Assembly (NCBI RefSeq): GCF_009914755.1
Contig: NC_060937.1
DNA length: 64,000 nucleotides
Reading direction: 5' to 3' (one strand)
DNA from: the human T2T-CHM13v2.0 reference genome, Homo sapiens
Shown here: positions 62,379 through 64,000 of the stretch, piece after piece
How positions within the stretch are numbered: the stretch's first letter is position 1
Layout of the letters: each line of letters opens with the position of its first letter
Program-made: the position numbers and the translations under genes
The notes under the pieces: generated by a model
Told to the model about the DNA's origin: nothing
The model's database searches: none
The model's input: only the letters and a program-made list of their open reading frames with translations

Positions 62379-62948
62379 TGTTACCAGAAAGGGGTTCCGA
62401 TCCAAGAGAGGATCCAACCCAAGAGAGGTTCTTGGATCTCACACAAGAAAAAATTCAGAGTGAGTCCACAGAGTAAAGTGAAAGCAAATGTATTAAGAGA
62501 GTAAATGGATGAAAGGATAGCTACTCCATAGACAAAGCAGGGCATTCCCAAAAGCCAGAGGAGGAACACACCTTACAATGCTTGTTTATATATAAGATAA
62601 CAAAGCAAAACATCATGGGGGAGATATGCTCCACTACAAGGGCTTGTGACAAAGGATTGTTAATCTTTGTGTCACTACTGTCTTCTAAAGAATGTATATT
62701 ATTATCTTCAGAGTGAAATTTAAACTAAGAATGATTTTGTTCTTAAGATATTGGGAAATCTGAACATTTTCTGGGTCTCTTAAGTCCTACGTCTGTTTGG
62801 TAAATATTATTAACTTGTTCCCTTAACTGTAAATACCCTGTTGACTAAGAATGCCTAACCTCCTACAAACGAAACCCAGTAGGTCTCAACCTCATTTTAC
62901 CCAGTGCCTATTCATGATGGAGTCACTCTGGTTCAAATGCCTCTGACA
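62379..62948 (-). mobile_element. MER41-family 3' LTR
   Basis: Reverse strand begins tgtcagaggcatttgaaccagagtgactccatc; polypurine tract aaaagggagggggaa immediately upstream. Confidence 0.9.
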
Positions 62949-63171
62949 TATATTCCCCCTCCCTTTTGCAAGGAGACCTTAATCCTAAGGGTTGTAGAGG
63001 GATGAAGAACCATCTTCTGTAGCTTTTTCAGTCTCAACAGGGGTGATGATATTCCTGCCTAACTATTAGAGTATCTTGTTTTCAGGGTATGGAGGAGTTC
63101 AGTCAGAAGGTGCCAGTATGGTGAGGGTCATTCACAACTCTGAATCCTGATAAAACGTGATATCTGGAAGA

Positions 63172-64000
63172 TTAATAAGTGTCCAATTTAAGAAAGCATT
63201 GAGTAAGCTTATCTCTAATTCCTATACAAAGAGTACAACAGCAATATATCCCACAATAGCAAAGCAATATAACTAAAAATATTCCAAGTAAACCAAATAC
63301 GAAGACTTTCCAGGAACTGGGCAATTGTTGGAACCAAGCTGCTAGGGGGTTGACTGACAGTACATCAATGGCAGAGACATGCCTGTCTAAAGCTTTCATA
63401 GCCTGGGTAATATTATGTGAATAGTCTGGAACATATACACAAAATTCAGTTTTGACTAAAGCACAAGCTCCCCCTTGAGCTGCTGTTAAAATGTCCAAAG
63501 CCGTTTGGTTCTGTAAGGCCACCTACCTAATTTGAGAAGTTTCCTCAGCTGGGAGGGGAAGGACATGGAGTGTAATATTGAGAGCTGCAGCTGTGTGTTT
63601 GGCTAGGGCTTCCACTTGCAGCTCCATATCAACTTTGGCTGCCTGTGAGGAAATTTTAGCCTTTGGGTAAGACCACCAAGACACCTGTTTTTGTCACCTA
63701 TGGCAAGACTTTACTATTTCCCAGTTAGATAAAAGAGAGTCCAATTTAGTGAGGATATGTCCCAAGAGATAAGGGTGTATACTTTCCAGTCCAATTATAA
63801 GGTAAGTCCAGCTAGCCATGAGTTCCACAAACCCATAGCCATTCCCAAGGAGAAGCGTAAGCACCTATTTTTGGCAAATTATGGTACCATCCCATCCACA
63901 GGTGGTCTGTTAAAAGAAGGGTCTGATTACACTCTTCAGGTGCTAACCATCCTATATCATGGGTTTCAGTCTGATGGTGACTGTTACTTTGCCTTTCAAA
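63172..64000 (-). pseudogene. env: Decayed ERV1 env (end of SU plus TM) of a MER41-type provirus; runs off the window
   Basis: Immunosuppressive domain LQNQTALDILTAAQGGAC, CX6(F)C, membrane anchor, SU motif WLWVCG...LPYNWTG; three stops and one frameshift upstream of 63522. Confidence 0.92.

Noticed and set aside
63172-63522. Domesticated syncytin-like gene
   Set aside because: No ATG or signal peptide for this frame, upstream stops, broken furin and CX6CC motifs.

Overview
Primate genomic DNA, most likely human because it contains a full-diagnostic AluYa5. The window is AT-rich, CpG-poor and dominated by repeats: about 15 Alus, many L1s of several ages, MaLR/ERVL/ERV1 LTR elements, MER DNA transposons, and MIR/L2/CR1 fragments. 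It ends in the 3' LTR and decayed env of a MER41-type ERV1 provirus. I cannot name any host gene. There is one plausible terminal coding exon at 124-209 and a few splice-site-bounded candidate exons; nearly all tracked ORFs are repeat-derived or chance. I found no evidence of a new protein-based system. The most unusual signal is a series of insertion and repair scars in which short nearby sequences were copied into junctions. The clearest are a 1.2 kb composite insertion inside one 17-bp TSD (40284-41537) containing a 290-bp copy of 43066-43357, a 90-bp copy of 22606-22698 placed in an L1 at about 21516, and an ORF2 snippet placed in ORF1 of an L1. Also notable are a mosaic L1PA with a younger internal tract and a candidate ancient L1 3' transduction. 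Subfamily names come from recalled diagnostic motifs, not from a search; edges of old repeats are approximate.
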